DNA from: Bacteroidales bacterium UBA1722 | GTDB taxonomy: Bacteria; Bacteroidota; Bacteroidia; Bacteroidales; UBA932 | Assembly (NCBI GenBank): GCA_002317435.1 | Contig: DCIQ01000194.1 | Span: 1-52,692, forward strand | Reading direction: 5' to 3' | DNA: 52,692 nt | Program-made: the position numbers and the translations under genes | In this document: piece by piece, positions 31,115-39,192 of the stretch | Numbering within the stretch: the first letter of the stretch is position 1 | Layout: each line of letters opens with the position of its first letter | The notes under the pieces: model-generated | The model's database searches: none | Seen by the model: the letters and a program-made list of their open reading frames with translations, nothing else | Told to the model about the DNA's origin: nothing

Positions 31115-32901
31115 GACGAATAGCAATAACACTCATCCTCTCCGTCATCGTGTTTGCGGCCACAATTCTGGTCTCAATCATGTACATATCCAGAAAGAGC
31201 CTCGAAACAGCGGATTATTTCAACAATCTCGCTCTGGACAATTTTCAGGATGAACTGAATGATGAAATTTTCCTGACCAGGCAGTCCGCTTTCAGTTTCC
31301 TTACCGGAATTCCTTCCGTATATGTAGGGAAGGACAGTGCCAGCATCATCATCGATGAAAAGGAACTGTCCGAGTTCAAGGATGCGATCCATGACGTTCT
31401 GATACAGTTCATGAGAGTCAATAAGTATTATCGGAATACGATGTTCATCATCGACAGGGATATATGCCGCAAATACTTCCCATGTGAAGATACTGCTTAC
31501 ATCGGGCATTGTACGAAGGGATTTGTCCCTGCCGTCCTGCAGGGTGACAATGCATTGTATGACCTGTCCGACCAGTATGACTTTATGGGTTCCGCCCGAT
31601 ATCAACAGTTGAAAAGAGAAAGAAAAATTCTTTGGACCGCACCTCAACCTGTCTCTCCGGAGGAAATGAGATTGTTGATACTCCAAGTGCCGATGACTTT
31701 GAGCAACGGACAGTTCGCAGGTGCATTCACCGTGTCGCTGGATATCGGGACGGTAAATGAAAAATTGAAGAATTACCTGCCGTTCGGTGAGGAGTATTCC
31801 GCCATATTCCTTGTTGACGAAAACGACAATATATTTTCCTCCTGTCCGGAATGGATTATGGAGCCGGACAGCCAGGAAGAAATTCGTAATTCCACCGATC
31901 TGCTGCAGAGACACGACGAGGGCGCCGAGCATAATATCATTAAAATCGGTGAGGATGAATACTATGTATATCAGCGTGATGACCTTTCATTGCCCTGGAG
32001 AGTCTTCACGGCCAATAACTCGAAAGCCATTTATCACGACGCGAAGCATGTGGTCAACGCCATGATTCTCTCCTCAGTCACGGGAATGCTTATGATGCTT
32101 GTCTGCTGCGTCGTCATTTTTCGTCAGACACGAAAGAATCTGCGCAAGAAAGCGGCCATAGAGGAGGAGCTGCGTATGGCTGCGATGGTGCAGACCTCGA
32201 TGCTGAAGCCGTCCACCTGTACCTTCTCACATAATTCCTCACCGATCATCCTGAATGCCTTTGTGCAGCCGGCCAAAAAGGCGGGAGGAGATCTATATGA
32301 TTATATCGAGAAAGATGGAAAACTTATCTTCTGTATCGGTGACGTCTCCGGAAAGGGGATGCCGGCGGCACTGTTCATGACCCAGGTGGTTTCACTCTTC
32401 CGCAATGCGGTGCGCCGTACTTCGGAACCGTCTGAAATAGTATGTCAGATAAATGACGTGCTTTCAGACAATTCCGAGATGACTTTCTGTACCTTCTTTG
32501 CAGGTGTGCTGTGCGGGGATGAAATAACGTTCTGCAATGCAGGCCACAATCCCCCCGTGTTCATTTCTTCCCGCTCCTCATATCTGAAAGTGCGTCCCAA
32601 TATCGCGATCGGGCTGATGGAAGGCTATCCATACCGGTCGGAGACCATTTCCTTCCGTCCGGGGGACAAATTGGTGCTCTATACCGATGGAGTCACTGAA
32701 GCAAAGGACAGAAACCATAGACTGTATGGTGAGGAGAGACTTCTCAAGGTGCTTGAATCCATTTCGCGAAGTTCGGGTGCCGAAACCGGTTCATGGATCA
32801 ACACGGCCATCAGAAAATCCATGGAACAGTTCACACGACACGCCGAGCAGAGTGACGACATCACGATAATGAGTATCGAAAATTCACATATTATGTCCTG
32901 A
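31111..32901 (+). CDS. Transmembrane PP2C/SpoIIE-family serine phosphatase with ~300-aa extracytoplasmic sensor domain (RsbU-like)
   Basis: TM1 is IAITLILSVIVFAATILVSIMYI, followed by a ~300-aa loop and TM2 VVNAMILSSVTGMLMMLVCCVVIF. The SpoIIE domain has GGDLYDY, GDVSGKGMPAALFM, LYTDGVTEA, SDDITIM. The GTG start overlaps the MATE stop (GTGA). Confidence 0.85.
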   Translation: MRRIAITLILSVIVFAATILVSIMYISRKSLETADYFNNLALDNFQDELNDEIFLTRQSAFSFLTGIPSVYVGKDSASIIIDEKELSEFKDAIHDVLIQFMRVNKYYRNTMFIIDRDICRKYFPCEDTAYIGHCTKGFVPAVLQGDNALYDLSDQYDFMGSARYQQLKRERKILWTAPQPVSPEEMRLLILQVPMTLSNGQFAGAFTVSLDIGTVNEKLKNYLPFGEEYSAIFLVDENDNIFSSCPEWIMEPDSQEEIRNSTDLLQRHDEGAEHNIIKIGEDEYYVYQRDDLSLPWRVFTANNSKAIYHDAKHVVNAMILSSVTGMLMMLVCCVVIFRQTRKNLRKKAAIEEELRMAAMVQTSMLKPSTCTFSHNSSPIILNAFVQPAKKAGGDLYDYIEKDGKLIFCIGDVSGKGMPAALFMTQVVSLFRNAVRRTSEPSEIVCQINDVLSDNSEMTFCTFFAGVLCGDEITFCNAGHNPPVFISSRSSYLKVRPNIAIGLMEGYPYRSETISFRPGDKLVLYTDGVTEAKDRNHRLYGEERLLKVLESISRSSGAETGSWINTAIRKSMEQFTRHAEQSDDITIMSIENSHIMS

Positions 32902-32960
32902 TCATCTCCCGTTTTTATCGGGCGGCAATATTTTTCAATCATTACTAATTTCTATTTTTC

Positions 32961-34112
32961 ATGAAAACTTTTTTGCATGTACTTCTTCTTGGTTCAGCTG
33001 TGTTTTCGGTATCATGTCGGCAAGGCATTTCAGACAAGATACTGATTGAAGGAACCGTTATTAATATCGACCAGTATGGAGGACTGGAGCCGTCTTTCAC
33101 ACCGGATGCCCTGGAAAAGGCCGGAGTGGCTTATGGAGATTTGCTGACGCTTTCCATAGGAGATGATATAGTGGTGTCCGCACCTTATGTTGATGCCTAT
33201 ACGGAGGCAGGCAGCATGTCGCCTTGTCTCTGCAATTATAACCGGGCCGGCAAGATGGTGACAGCGGCCATGTCAAACGGTAGTTTTGCCAACCACGTAG
33301 GAGGTAAGGTTGGTGACAGTATTGTCGTAAGAATGCAGAAGAAGGAAGGATACCTCCGGGAATACGAACTTCTGCAAGGAACCTACACATACGATCGTTC
33401 TGAATATTCCGATGATGAAGTTTTTGCCAATTTCCGTGAGTTGAAAGGCACTGGCCTTAAACCGGGCGTATTGTTCAGGAGCACCAGCCCGATCAATTTC
33501 AAGAACAATAAAATCAGGTATACATATTCATCCGAACTATGTCGCGTCAATGGCATTAAAACTATCATCGATATAGCCGATTCGGATGCCAAGGTCGCGG
33601 AGTATCTGTCCGCGGCTGAGAGCGAAGGAAGCTATATGCTGGAAATTCAGAGCAAGGGAAATATAGTAGGTCTCGGCTCAAATGCAGACTACATCGATAC
33701 CACATTCATGCGCAAGGCAGCCCGTGCGTTCCGTGAAATGATTTCCAAACCCGGGCCGTATCTGATTCACTGCAACGAAGGAAAGGACCGTACAGGTTTC
33801 TACTGCCTGCTTCTCGAAGCTTTGTGCGGCGCGAGTGTCGAAGAGATAGAATTGGATTATATGTTGACATTCGAAAACCTCTATCATCAGAAAAAAGGCA
33901 CAGAACAATACGAACTCACCTGGAAAAAGAACGGATTCAGGATGCTCTATCAGCTGGCTAATCCACAAGTTTGGGATCATGTGATTTTGATTGACTGGGA
34001 CAAAGTCTCGATTGACGGTGCGGATTTGGCCGAGGCGGCGGAGAATTACATCCTGATGATCGGTCTCTCGTCTGCGGAGATCGACGCACTGAAAAATATA
34101 ATTTCCGAATAA
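32961..34112 (+). CDS. Lipoprotein with CX5R tyrosine-phosphatase-family domain (Y_phosphatase3-like) and an N-terminal beta-barrel-like domain
   Basis: Lipobox VFSVSC. Active-site motif HCNEGKDRTG (CX5R). The N-terminal ~110 aa (GTVINIDQYGG...GDSIVVRM) resembles the C-terminal domain of SAM hydroxide adenosyltransferase/DUF62 proteins; that assignment is tentative. Confidence 0.7.
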   Translation: MKTFLHVLLLGSAVFSVSCRQGISDKILIEGTVINIDQYGGLEPSFTPDALEKAGVAYGDLLTLSIGDDIVVSAPYVDAYTEAGSMSPCLCNYNRAGKMVTAAMSNGSFANHVGGKVGDSIVVRMQKKEGYLREYELLQGTYTYDRSEYSDDEVFANFRELKGTGLKPGVLFRSTSPINFKNNKIRYTYSSELCRVNGIKTIIDIADSDAKVAEYLSAAESEGSYMLEIQSKGNIVGLGSNADYIDTTFMRKAARAFREMISKPGPYLIHCNEGKDRTGFYCLLLEALCGASVEEIELDYMLTFENLYHQKKGTEQYELTWKKNGFRMLYQLANPQVWDHVILIDWDKVSIDGADLAEAAENYILMIGLSSAEIDALKNIISE

Positions 34113-34181
34113 TGCAGGCTGGCCGCAGACGTCGGCAGATCTGGATGCTGTCTAAATGTCTGAAATAATCCGATGCCTGTT

Positions 34182-34317
34182 CCATACCGTCTTTTCGTTT
34201 CTGGCACACTTGTTGACAATGGTATGTCAGCATAGATGATGTGATGGTTGATGGTGAATAAATGGTTTTGGTTAATGGAAAAAAGGTGACTGATAAAACT
34301 TATCGGTCACCTTTTTT
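34182..34317 (+). repeat. Right copy of the ~135-nt direct repeat flanking the NRPS island
   Basis: See the left copy at 18445..18578. Same orientation and same internal 6-bp complement (catacc/ggtatg). Different terminator hairpin sequence at the 3' end. Confidence 0.8.
34284..34317 (+). terminator. Intrinsic terminator closing the island
   Basis: Stem aggtgactgat/atcggtcacct (one G-T wobble), 7-nt loop, then TTTTTT. Confidence 0.7.
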
Positions 34318-34438
34318 CTGTATATGTATTATTTCCAGACGATTTTTGTCCTCCTGTCTCATAAATGTAATCAGTGCATATTTGGCCAAATGCAATGTCG
34401 ATCGGTGCCTTTTGGCTGATTATCTTAATTTTTATCCT

Positions 34439-34446
34439 TATATTTG
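34439..34446 (+). promoter_or_regulatory. Bacteroides-type -7 box (TAtaTTTG) for the AAA ATPase gene
   Basis: TATATTTG lies 21 nt before the ATG at 34467. Confidence 0.4.
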
Positions 34447-34466
34447 CCCATCTGACAAGGACAAAC

Positions 34467-35873
34467 ATGAAAGAGTCAATTATCGGTAGAGCTGCAGAGA
34501 AAGCAGAACTTCAGAAAATTTTCGAATCCGGGAAAGCTGAGTTCGTGGCGATATATGGAAGAAGGCGTGTAGGAAAAACATTCCTTATCAAGGAATTTTT
34601 TGAAGATTGTCTCGTGTTCTCCGTAGCAGGACTTGCCAAAGGGAACACGAGATTACAGATAAAGAATTTTTACAAGACAGTTCAGAGATATGATTCGTCA
34701 TTAAAGGAGTCACCAAAGGACTGGATAGATGCATTTGATATCCTGATCAGATATATTGAATCCCTTGGAGGGGGGCGAAAAGTAATACTTCTTGATGAAC
34801 TTCCTTGGATGGACACTCCAAAATCCGGGTTCATTCCCGCCTTGGAGCATTTTTGGAATGGATGGGCATCATCTCGAAAGGACGTTGTCCTCGTGGTCTG
34901 CGGATCAGCGACGTCATGGATGATGGACAAGCTGATAGATGACCATGGCGGTCTCCATAACAGGTTGACAAAACGAATATTCCTCAGGCCGTTCACTCTG
35001 TCCGAGTGCGAAAGTATGCTGAACAGTATGGGTGTGAATCTTTCAAGGTATGAAATTTCCATCTGCTATATGATTCTTGGCGGCATCCCTTACTATCTCA
35101 GCCTCATTGATTCGGGGAAGAGTCTTACACAAAATATTGATAGCCTGTTGTTCTCCGATGATGGAGATTTGCACAATGAATTTGAGAATCTCTATTCTGC
35201 GCTTTTCAAGAATTCGGACGATTACATCAAGGTCGTTACAGCACTCAGCGAAGTAAGGGGCGGGCTGTCAAGATCGGAAGTCGTTGAAAAAACAGGCATC
35301 CCAACAGGAGGGACTCTCACAAAGATTCTGAAGAACCTCAGTTCGTGCGGTTTCGTCCGAAGGCATAAGGACATCGGAGACGGGAAAGAGGATATTTTCC
35401 AACTTGTTGATTTCTATTCGCTTTTCTATTTTAAATTCCTCCGTGACAGGCATTCATACGAAGATGGCTATTGGATGTCGATACAGGGAACCTCCAAGTT
35501 CTACACTTGGGCCGGGCTTTCATTCGAAATACTTGCATTGCAGCACGTACATCAGATCAAGCAGTCACTGGGCATCAGTGGCGTAATGACAAGCGAATAC
35601 TCCTGGAGGAGCCCCAATGCACAGATTGACCTTGTCATTGACCGTAAGGATAGAACTGTAAACCTTTGCGAAATGAAGTTTTCAGAGGATGACTATCATA
35701 TAGACGAAGAGGAAGATGCGAAGCTCAGACGCAGGGTCTCGTCTTTCAAAGAGAACCTTGGAAAAGAGAGCAAATCCATTCGATTGACTTTTGTGACCAC
35801 ATATGGACTTGCAGGCAGCAGATATAACAGCAGAGTCAACGATATAATTATCCTTAACGATCTGTTCAAGTAA
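34467..35873 (+). CDS. AAA-type ATP-binding protein (Arch_ATPase/DUF234-like)
   Basis: MKESIIGRAAEKAELQKIFESGKAEFVAIYGRRRVGKTFLIKEF (Walker A GRRRVGKT), Walker B VILLDELPWM, and a C-terminal DUF234-like region. Visibly lower GC than its neighbours. Confidence 0.75.
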   Translation: MKESIIGRAAEKAELQKIFESGKAEFVAIYGRRRVGKTFLIKEFFEDCLVFSVAGLAKGNTRLQIKNFYKTVQRYDSSLKESPKDWIDAFDILIRYIESLGGGRKVILLDELPWMDTPKSGFIPALEHFWNGWASSRKDVVLVVCGSATSWMMDKLIDDHGGLHNRLTKRIFLRPFTLSECESMLNSMGVNLSRYEISICYMILGGIPYYLSLIDSGKSLTQNIDSLLFSDDGDLHNEFENLYSALFKNSDDYIKVVTALSEVRGGLSRSEVVEKTGIPTGGTLTKILKNLSSCGFVRRHKDIGDGKEDIFQLVDFYSLFYFKFLRDRHSYEDGYWMSIQGTSKFYTWAGLSFEILALQHVHQIKQSLGISGVMTSEYSWRSPNAQIDLVIDRKDRTVNLCEMKFSEDDYHIDEEEDAKLRRRVSSFKENLGKESKSIRLTFVTTYGLAGSRYNSRVNDIIILNDLFK

Positions 35874-35905
35874 GATACTGTATTCAGTGTCCCGTATGAC
35901 GGACA

Positions 35906-36550
35906 TTATTCTGCCGGTATGATGATGGTTTCGGGGGTGCCGGGGCCGCCGTTGACTCCGCGGTAGCCTACATATCTGCCGGTCTCGTCCAGATAGTAGC
36001 GGCAGCTCCAGAAGAGGGATTTCAGACCGCCCGGGGTTATTTTGATGTCACGGACAGGAAGGGTGCGGAACCTGGTCTCACCCGAGTATTCTGCCTGCAT
36101 CTGTTCGAAGTCGAGATTGTCGGGCCGGAAACATTCGTACTTATATGAGGTGCGGTTTTTCATTATCGCTCCTACGCTGTAGCTTATGTTCTGAATCCAC
36201 GGATATCCCTTGCTATTTACGGTATCGTGATAATTCTTTCCGTGGAAACGTCCCTCTATCACATATATCCCGTTTTTCAAAGTGATGGTTATGTCTGTCT
36301 TGTCTGACGGGTCGGAGATATGTGTGCTGCGGGTTACGTAGTCTTCTCCTGACACTATCTCCGCCACCTGTGTCCCCTTGGTGACGGTTATTTTTCTGGA
36401 ATCACCCGAAACGGTCTCATCCCAGAGATATACCGTGGTGTCCTTACCGGTAATGGAGAGGTATGTCCTCCTGACCGTGTTCTGGGCGTGTGACGGCGGA
36501 ACGGTGACAGGAATCAGAAGAATCATAAGCAGGAGTGTGCGGAATCTCAT
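35906..36550 (-). CDS. Secreted hypothetical protein
   Basis: The ATG at 36550 gives signal peptide MRFRTLLLMILLIPVTVPPSHAQ. ~214 aa with no recognisable motif. Confidence 0.55.
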   Translation of the reverse strand: MRFRTLLLMILLIPVTVPPSHAQNTVRRTYLSITGKDTTVYLWDETVSGDSRKITVTKGTQVAEIVSGEDYVTRSTHISDPSDKTDITITLKNGIYVIEGRFHGKNYHDTVNSKGYPWIQNISYSVGAIMKNRTSYKYECFRPDNLDFEQMQAEYSGETRFRTLPVRDIKITPGGLKSLFWSCRYYLDETGRYVGYRGVNGGPGTPETIIIPAE

Positions 36551-36628
36551 AGTGTGGTTACGGGTTACGTATGCGGTCCCAAAGATGAGAAAAATAGTAT
36601 GCATAAAAAAATTACAGAATAGAATAGT

Positions 36629-36636
36629 TACATTTG
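36629..36636 (+). promoter_or_regulatory. Bacteroides-type -7 box (TAcaTTTG) for glnA
   Basis: TACATTTG lies 21 nt before the ATG at 36657. Confidence 0.45.
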
Positions 36637-36656
36637 CGCCTCAAAAGGAGAGAAAT

Positions 36657-38837
36657 ATGAGTACCGACAGATTCGATTTGGTGAAACAGAGTTTCGAGAA
36701 AAAGGCCATTCCTGCGGATGTCCCCGATGCCAAGACTTCCGATTATTTCGGAGAACTTGTGTTCGACCGTGCCAAGATGCACCGCTATCTCGATGCCGGG
36801 ACTCTGAAGGCCCTTCTGGACTGTATCGACAACGGCAGACCCCTCGACGGGAAAACCGCCGACGGAGTGGCCCGGGGGATGAAGGAATGGGCCATCTCCC
36901 ACCACGTCACCCACATATCCCACTGGTTCCAGCCCCTGACGGAAGGCACCGCCGAGAAACACGATTCCCTGATAGACTATGACGGAAAGGGAGGCGTTAT
37001 CGAAACCTTCGACGGGAAGTCGCTCGTGCAGCAGGAACCTGATGCATCCTCCTTCCCCAACGGAGGTATCCGTGCCACCTTCGAGGCCCGCGGATATACG
37101 GCCTGGGACCCCACTTCTCCGGTCTATATCATGGACGATACGCTATGTATCCCTTCCCTGTTCATCTCCTATACGGGTGAAGCCCTTGACTACAAGACTC
37201 CCCTGAAAAAATCCATAAAGGCCGTCACGGAAGCGGCTCTCCCCATATGCAGGATGTTCGACCCCGCAGTGAAGAAGGTCTATTCATATCTGGGATGGGA
37301 ACAGGAGTATTTCCTGGTGGATGAATCTCTTTATGCCGCCCGTCCGGACCTGATGATAACCGGCAGAACCCTTATGGGGCATGCCTCCTCCAAGAACCAG
37401 CAGCTGAGCGACCACTATTTCGGAGCCATCCCCTCGCGGGTGGCCGCCTTCATGAGAGATCTGGAGATAGCGGGCCACAGACTCGGAATCCCTTTGAAGA
37501 CCCGTCACAACGAGGCCGCTCCGAACCAGTTCGAACTGGCCCCCATCTACGGTGAGGCCAATCTGGCCAATGACCAGAACCAGATAGTGATGAACCTGAT
37601 GCACACTATCGCCAGAAAGCACGGTTTCGTGGTCCTTCTCCACGAGAAACCTTTCGACGGAGTGAACGGCTCGGGCAAGCATAACAACTGGTCTCTGGGA
37701 ACTGATACCGGGACACAGCTTCTCGCCCCGGGGAAGGACCCCAAGAGCAATCTCCAGTTCATCACCTTCTTCGTGAATGTCCTCTTCGCAGTGCAGAAGC
37801 ACAACGCACTGCTGAAGGCATCCATCGCCAGTGCCACGAATGCCCATCGTCTGGGCGGGAACGAAGCTCCCCCGGCCATAGTGTCCGCATTCCTCGGGCA
37901 GACGATGACCGATGTCCTGCGGAAACTTCTGGAGGTGCCTTCGGACACCCCCATCGAGATAGTCGGGAAAAAGAAGAAAACGCTGGATCTGGTGGAGATT
38001 CCGCAGATATTCGTGGACAATACCGACAGAAACCGCACTTCCCCCTTCGCCTTTACCGGTAACCGCTTTGAATTCAGGGCAGTGGGGTCCTCTGCGAACT
38101 GCGGTGGAGCGATGGCGACCCTGAATGCCGCCGTGGCGGAGCAGCTGACGGAATTCAAAAAGCGGGTGGACGCCGATATTGCCGGAGGCAAAACCGTCAA
38201 TGTCGCAGTTATGGATGCCCTCAAGCCCCTCATAGGCTCCGTGCTGGAGGTGGTGTGCTTCGACGGGAACGGATATTCCCGGGAGTGGCTCGAAGAGGCG
38301 CGCCGCAGGGGGCTGGACGTGGAGACCTCCGTCCCCGAGATGTTCAAGGCTTTCACCAGCCCCGCATCGGTGAAAATGTTCACCTCGACCGGGGTCTATA
38401 CGGAGAAGGAACTCATCGCCAGGAACGAGGTGAAATGGGAGACGTATTGCAAGAAAGTGCAGATCGAATCCCGCGTGATGGGGCGTGTGGCATCGAACCA
38501 CATAATCCCCGCCGCCCTCGAATACAAGACCAGACTGCTGAAGGAGGTGGCACTTAACAAGGAGGTGTTCGGCGACTTGGAAGGATGCACCACAGAGGTG
38601 GACCTCATCCGCAAGATATCCGGATATGTCGAAGAGATAAGGCTGATGGTGAAGGATATGACACAGGCCCGCGCCGAAGCGAACGTCATCACTGACGATT
38701 ACCTCAGGGCGGTGGCCTATCACGGAGTGGCGGATTATGTCCTCCGTCTGCGCAGACCCATCGATGAATTGGAGGAGATAGTGGACAACAAGACCTGGCC
38801 TCTGCCGAAATACCGCGAGCTGCTGTTCATCAGCTAG
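36657..38837 (+). CDS. glnA: Glutamine synthetase type III
   Basis: 726 aa, the size and sequence typical of the Bacteroides GSIII class (ISHWFQPLT, QEYFLVD, HNEAAPNQFELAPI, HEKPFDGVNGSGKHNNWS, NRTSPFAFTGNRFEFRAVGS). Start at MSTDRFDL; the longer 36378 ORF overlaps the divergent gene. Confidence 0.9.
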   Translation: MSTDRFDLVKQSFEKKAIPADVPDAKTSDYFGELVFDRAKMHRYLDAGTLKALLDCIDNGRPLDGKTADGVARGMKEWAISHHVTHISHWFQPLTEGTAEKHDSLIDYDGKGGVIETFDGKSLVQQEPDASSFPNGGIRATFEARGYTAWDPTSPVYIMDDTLCIPSLFISYTGEALDYKTPLKKSIKAVTEAALPICRMFDPAVKKVYSYLGWEQEYFLVDESLYAARPDLMITGRTLMGHASSKNQQLSDHYFGAIPSRVAAFMRDLEIAGHRLGIPLKTRHNEAAPNQFELAPIYGEANLANDQNQIVMNLMHTIARKHGFVVLLHEKPFDGVNGSGKHNNWSLGTDTGTQLLAPGKDPKSNLQFITFFVNVLFAVQKHNALLKASIASATNAHRLGGNEAPPAIVSAFLGQTMTDVLRKLLEVPSDTPIEIVGKKKKTLDLVEIPQIFVDNTDRNRTSPFAFTGNRFEFRAVGSSANCGGAMATLNAAVAEQLTEFKKRVDADIAGGKTVNVAVMDALKPLIGSVLEVVCFDGNGYSREWLEEARRRGLDVETSVPEMFKAFTSPASVKMFTSTGVYTEKELIARNEVKWETYCKKVQIESRVMGRVASNHIIPAALEYKTRLLKEVALNKEVFGDLEGCTTEVDLIRKISGYVEEIRLMVKDMTQARAEANVITDDYLRAVAYHGVADYVLRLRRPIDELEEIVDNKTWPLPKYRELLFIS

Positions 38838-38844
38838 CGCACTT

Positions 38845-39168
38845 CTACCTCACCACCGCGTAGAATTCCAGATCCGCGTCGGAATCGTTGATAAGGGTAT
38901 GTTCATGCCCTTCCGGGCAATAGTGGCAGCATCCGGCGCCGACGGGTTCCTTTACGCCGTCGCAGAGTGCGTATCCCCGGCCCGAGGTGAAGAACATCAC
39001 TTCCGCGTTCCCCTCGTGGGTGTGGAGACCGATGCTTGCGCCCGGAGCCAGGGAACCCTTCATTATGCGGGTCTGTCCGTCGAAGAACATATTGGCCCTG
39101 TATTCCTTTTCACCCCCCTTGAAGTTCGGGAGGACCGATAACGGTATCTGTTCGAAATCTATCTTCAT
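38845..39168 (-). CDS. Cupin domain protein
   Basis: 107 aa. Cupin motifs GASIGLHTHEGNAEVMF and CPEGHEHTLIN. Confidence 0.75.
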   Translation of the reverse strand: MKIDFEQIPLSVLPNFKGGEKEYRANMFFDGQTRIMKGSLAPGASIGLHTHEGNAEVMFFTSGRGYALCDGVKEPVGAGCCHYCPEGHEHTLINDSDADLEFYAVVR

Positions 39169-39192
39169 AATGCTGTTGTGTATATTTCTTTA

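Noticed and set aside
18579-34181. The NRPS island as a classical integrative or transposable element.
   Set aside because: No integrase, transposase, relaxase or tRNA target is present in or next to it. Only the flanking direct repeats suggest mobility, so it is reported as a repeat-bounded island and not annotated as a mobile_element.
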